A stretch of DNA of 64,000 nucleotides from Methanobacteriota archaeon (GTDB lineage: Archaea; Thermoplasmatota; Thermoplasmata; SG8-5; JAGLSY01): positions 320,001 through 384,000 of the forward strand of contig JAEHCQ010000001.1 in NCBI GenBank assembly GCA_020696385.1, written 5' to 3'. Positions 61,801 through 64,000 of the stretch are shown here, in pieces (the stretch's first letter is position 1; every line of letters begins with the position of its first letter). Both the position numbers and the translations under genes were made by a program. The notes beneath the pieces are model-generated. The model was not told the origin of the DNA. It saw only the letters and a program-made list of their open reading frames with translations, and did not search any database.

Positions 61801-62055
61801 ATCTCTCTTTCGCCCGACCAGTTTCTGAATATCCTCCGGGCCAGCATCTGAATGGCCACGCTTTAATTTTATCACGAAGGGCTCGGAATTACCTTCCACC
61901 TCCCTTAGTGCTTCTATCTCCACATCATCAGCCCGCATGCGGGAGCTGGTTACCTTGAAATCCATCTTCTCCAGCAATCTATTGGATAGTATGCGGAACT
62001 CCTCAGGATCAAGGTCATTCACTATGTTCATGAGATATTCCTGGCTCATACTCAT
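58894..62055 (-). CDS. Mrr-like endonuclease-fold + TPR arrays + Zn ribbons + helix-hairpin-helix protein
   Basis: LDPEEF...IKLKR...AIFISTTKLSKDARKYA...IADGDKF (Mrr-like); many AWxNKG TPRs; CSAC/CSKC, CPSC/CDKC; VPGVGFSKS and VKGISERLA (HhH). Confidence 0.85.
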   Translation of the reverse strand: MSMSQEYLMNIVNDLDPEEFRILSNRLLEKMDFKVTSSRMRADDVEIEALREVEGNSEPFVIKLKRGHSDAGPEDIQKLVGRKRDGMDVKAIFISTTKLSKDARKYADLLGVNIADGDKFGLLIKELELDDDLKKQDSKKVLELDGERFLPSIDELENQMGWGNDFFNSGNFKKAIEYYDNALKMKPNYDLAWIMKGNVLKAMKRLDEAAECFKKALEVNPDSEESWYNLGAIYYDLQRYDDEIQCYDQALKINKNFTKAWNNKGATLHEQGKHEEAVLCYNKVLYLEPDNINVLNNKGVALKYMKDHGNALDSFDRAIAKKADYKEAWLNRGLLLHDMEQYEQSIISYDKVLGIEKSPEVYYQKGIAQMANGDPRRAIDAFDNSLLLKPYWDLAIEEKKKAEEALKEIDETRLIEEEERREREAEEERLRLIEEEEKRAREEAEKQKAEEELKLEEEEKRLADEEKDSREKEEEKARLAAIESKKPTVSEASLTDDFADLMGVGTGSACSACAEPLAAEAAFCSKCGLGVEDKVPLPESELPVGDPPELEQVEEKLALEDEMREEAVLFEKSKMLIRLMKYDEALDCLNQSIELEERSSTYLEKANLLYLMGRFDDAIEYFDLVLKKEPDNISALMNRSTSLIEIGEFEDALKANDVLIGLEEEEPVLWIERGNIYMNLGDTQGAIESFDRAIELEPGASEVWNAEGAALLSIGKHDDSILCFDRAIQIDPDFSEAWCNKGNAILASGKPEDSIKYFDRAIDIDQANGDAWANKAAALYEMDRFRESVSCLDMALNINETALLLSNKGFVLISDDRLDKAIKVLDKAIKLDPEHPEAWNNKGIALSRMEEHSFALECFERALGIEPGFRDAIKNRDAAVRKLGAQGEKEEEAKTHEPEMDRTEIELAEDIEDDMIAGEQFRCPSCDAIGNIDDKFCDKCGTKFTEEEKEDAVIEELEDILDVKDTTDVKDITDIKHDKKGKPKAKTPEEKKKEIINALVGVPGVGFSKSEAIYDAGFTSFKDLEKASEAELLEVKGISERLAKNIKKVYKQS

Positions 62056-64000
62056 CTTCCCCCCTGCATTCTTTTTGTGCTCCTGCTCTTCCAGGAACGT
62101 GCCTCTTCGAAATCAGGATCCAATTCCAGAACCTTATCAAAGCTCTTGATGGCCTCTTTATATTTCTCGGCCTCATGCTGAGTTATTCCCCGGGCCAGCC
62201 AATTTTTAGGATTCTCAGCGCCCATCTTAACAGAATAATCCATGGACCTCATGGCATCGTCATATTTTCCGATGTCCTTCTGGGCAACACCCAACAATCT
62301 CCATACATAATCATTTTCGGGGTCCAGCTTCAAAGCTTCCCTGTAAAGTTTAATGGCCTCATTGTACCCGCCATTCTTGTACATCAAACGTCCTTTTCCT
62401 ATCAAGGCATCGACATTCTCCTCATCCAGCTCCAGTGCGTGGTCATACGCTTCCCTGGATTCCTCTATCTTCCCCTGGCTTCGATGAACATCTCCCTTCA
62501 AAGTGAGAGCCCGGACATCATCTGGATATATCCGCAATGCGCTTTCCAGTGCCTGGATCGCGCCACCCCACTTCCCTTTCTTGAGCATGATATCCGCCTT
62601 GCCGATCAATGCATCCGCATTTGTTGGGGCGAATTCAAGCAATCCTCTGTATATCTTTTCAGCGTCATCATCCTTGCCCTTCTCCATCAACATGTCCGCC
62701 TTCTTTATCCAGGCATATTCATATTCATCATCCAGGCTTATTGCTCGATCATAGAATTGTAAGGCCCCACCCCATCTTCCTTTCTGATGGAGTACATCTG
62801 CCTTTTTGGCCCAAGCTTCTGGCTCATCTGGGTCGATATCAGATGCTTTCTCATAGCATTTGTAGGCCTCGTCATATCTCTCAAGTCCTGCAAAGCCATC
62901 CCCGATACCCAGCCATGCATCTTTATTGTCCACATCTGCCTCGATAACACCATTGAAGCACACGATGGCATCCTCATACAATTCGGCCTCGAGATCCATG
63001 GATCCAAGTAAAAGCCGGGCTTCGACGTGTTCCTTGTCCAGCTCCGTGGCCATCTTCAATGCGATAGAAGCATCATCATATTCTTCAATATCATAATGCC
63101 CTCTTCCTTTCATATAATAGGCCTCGGCATTGTTCTCATCAGATTCAAGGACCCTGTTCAGCATCTTGATCCCTTGTTTCTCCCGGCCCATCTCGATCAA
63201 TAATCCAGCCTTGTTTACCTGGAATTGATAATTATCCGGGTTCATATTGATGCCTGTGTCATAGCATAACAAGGCTCCCTCTTCATCGCCTTCTTCTACG
63301 AGCTCCTCCGCCCTTTCAAGAAGTGCGATCTCGTCATTGGACATCTCTGTATCATCGGAGATGTCTTCATCTTCTTCATCATCTTCATCTTCGATCTCAG
63401 CATCTGCTGGCTCGATTATTTCTGGCTCATCAAGTACGAGCATTTCGTCGATATCGGCCTCTGCCTGCAATTCATCGACATCTATCCCCTCTTCGATGTC
63501 GAGGTTATCCTCGATATCCATTTCTTCTTCAATATCGGGAATATCGGCTATTTCCTTGCTCGGAGCCTCGGCATCGGGCTTCCCACTGCCCATTTTGCCG
63601 AAGATATCATCCACATCCTGGAACTCAGCTTCGACATCGATGGTTCCTAACTCAGCCTCGACATCGTCTTCATCTTCTGTATCAAATGCATCTGTGAGAT
63701 CGGCGATATCTGGCTTTTCTATCTCATCCACGGTATCTTCAATTTCATCTTCCTCATCATCTTCCTCATCATCTTCCTCATCATCTTCCTCATCATCTTC
63801 AACATCATCTTCAACAGTGTCTTCCTCAAAGGCCTCTTCGATATCGGAGAGTATATCTTCTTCAGGTGAAGTATCAACTGGCTCATCAATATCTGCAATA
63901 TCTGCCAGTTCATCCACTTCTTCCTCAATAGTGGATGTTGGCTCGATGGCTTCATCAATACCCGCCATTAGCTCGTCCTCCAGAGAAAGTGGCGCATCAT
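62052..64000 (-). CDS. Highly acidic TPR protein, 5'-truncated by the window edge
   Basis: Frame stays open to base 64000 (DAPLSLEDEL before the Met at 63968); about 12 TPRs; ATGA overlap with the next gene. Confidence 0.85.
   Translation of the reverse strand, partial: DAPLSLEDELMAGIDEAIEPTSTIEEEVDELADIADIDEPVDTSPEEDILSDIEEAFEEDTVEDDVEDDEEDDEEDDEEDDEEDEIEDTVDEIEKPDIADLTDAFDTEDEDDVEAELGTIDVEAEFQDVDDIFGKMGSGKPDAEAPSKEIADIPDIEEEMDIEDNLDIEEGIDVDELQAEADIDEMLVLDEPEIIEPADAEIEDEDDEEDEDISDDTEMSNDEIALLERAEELVEEGDEEGALLCYDTGINMNPDNYQFQVNKAGLLIEMGREKQGIKMLNRVLESDENNAEAYYMKGRGHYDIEEYDDASIALKMATELDKEHVEARLLLGSMDLEAELYEDAIVCFNGVIEADVDNKDAWLGIGDGFAGLERYDEAYKCYEKASDIDPDEPEAWAKKADVLHQKGRWGGALQFYDRAISLDDEYEYAWIKKADMLMEKGKDDDAEKIYRGLLEFAPTNADALIGKADIMLKKGKWGGAIQALESALRIYPDDVRALTLKGDVHRSQGKIEESREAYDHALELDEENVDALIGKGRLMYKNGGYNEAIKLYREALKLDPENDYVWRLLGVAQKDIGKYDDAMRSMDYSVKMGAENPKNWLARGITQHEAEKYKEAIKSFDKVLELDPDFEEARSWKSRSTKRMQGGR
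63745..63816. repeat. 12-bp coding minisatellite (4x TCATCTTCCTCA + 2x TCATCTTCAACA) encoding EDDE/EDDV repeats
   Basis: Read directly; in frame within the acidic TPR gene. Confidence 0.85.

Overview
Archaeal chromosomal DNA, most likely an uncultured Thermoplasmata lineage (inferred from MptA, PAC2, Tsr3, Trm112, DUF835, gyrBA, split transketolase plus transaldolase, and GGTGA/GGAGG Shine-Dalgarno motifs). No CRISPR array, rRNA, transposase or integrase was seen. The window holds housekeeping genes (gyrB-gyrA, metG, tRNA-His, xth, rocD, tkt/tal), a cluster of large surface proteins, an Fe/Mn transport cluster and two large TPR proteins. Highlights missing from or unexplained by the ORF track: (1) an ORF of about 760 codons running off the left edge that fuses a bacterial-type DnaA AAA+ domain, lacking DNA-binding domain IV, to a DUF2226-like domain, a Zn ribbon and DUF835; (2) an operon of four 35-43 aa microproteins, one paralogous to the N-terminus of a nearby gene, behind a 55-bp element repeated in inverted orientation 5.8 kb away; (3) an mtrA-mtrH-core methionine synthase-DUF4346 operon; (4) a solo Cas4-like nuclease split by four TM helices; (5) a hairpin that copies the tRNA-His 3' end; (6) a 28-bp alternating purine/pyrimidine tract in the gyrB promoter; (7) a NapH-like polyferredoxin fused to extracellular thioredoxin domains. 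All calls come from manual translation and motif recognition; no searches were run.
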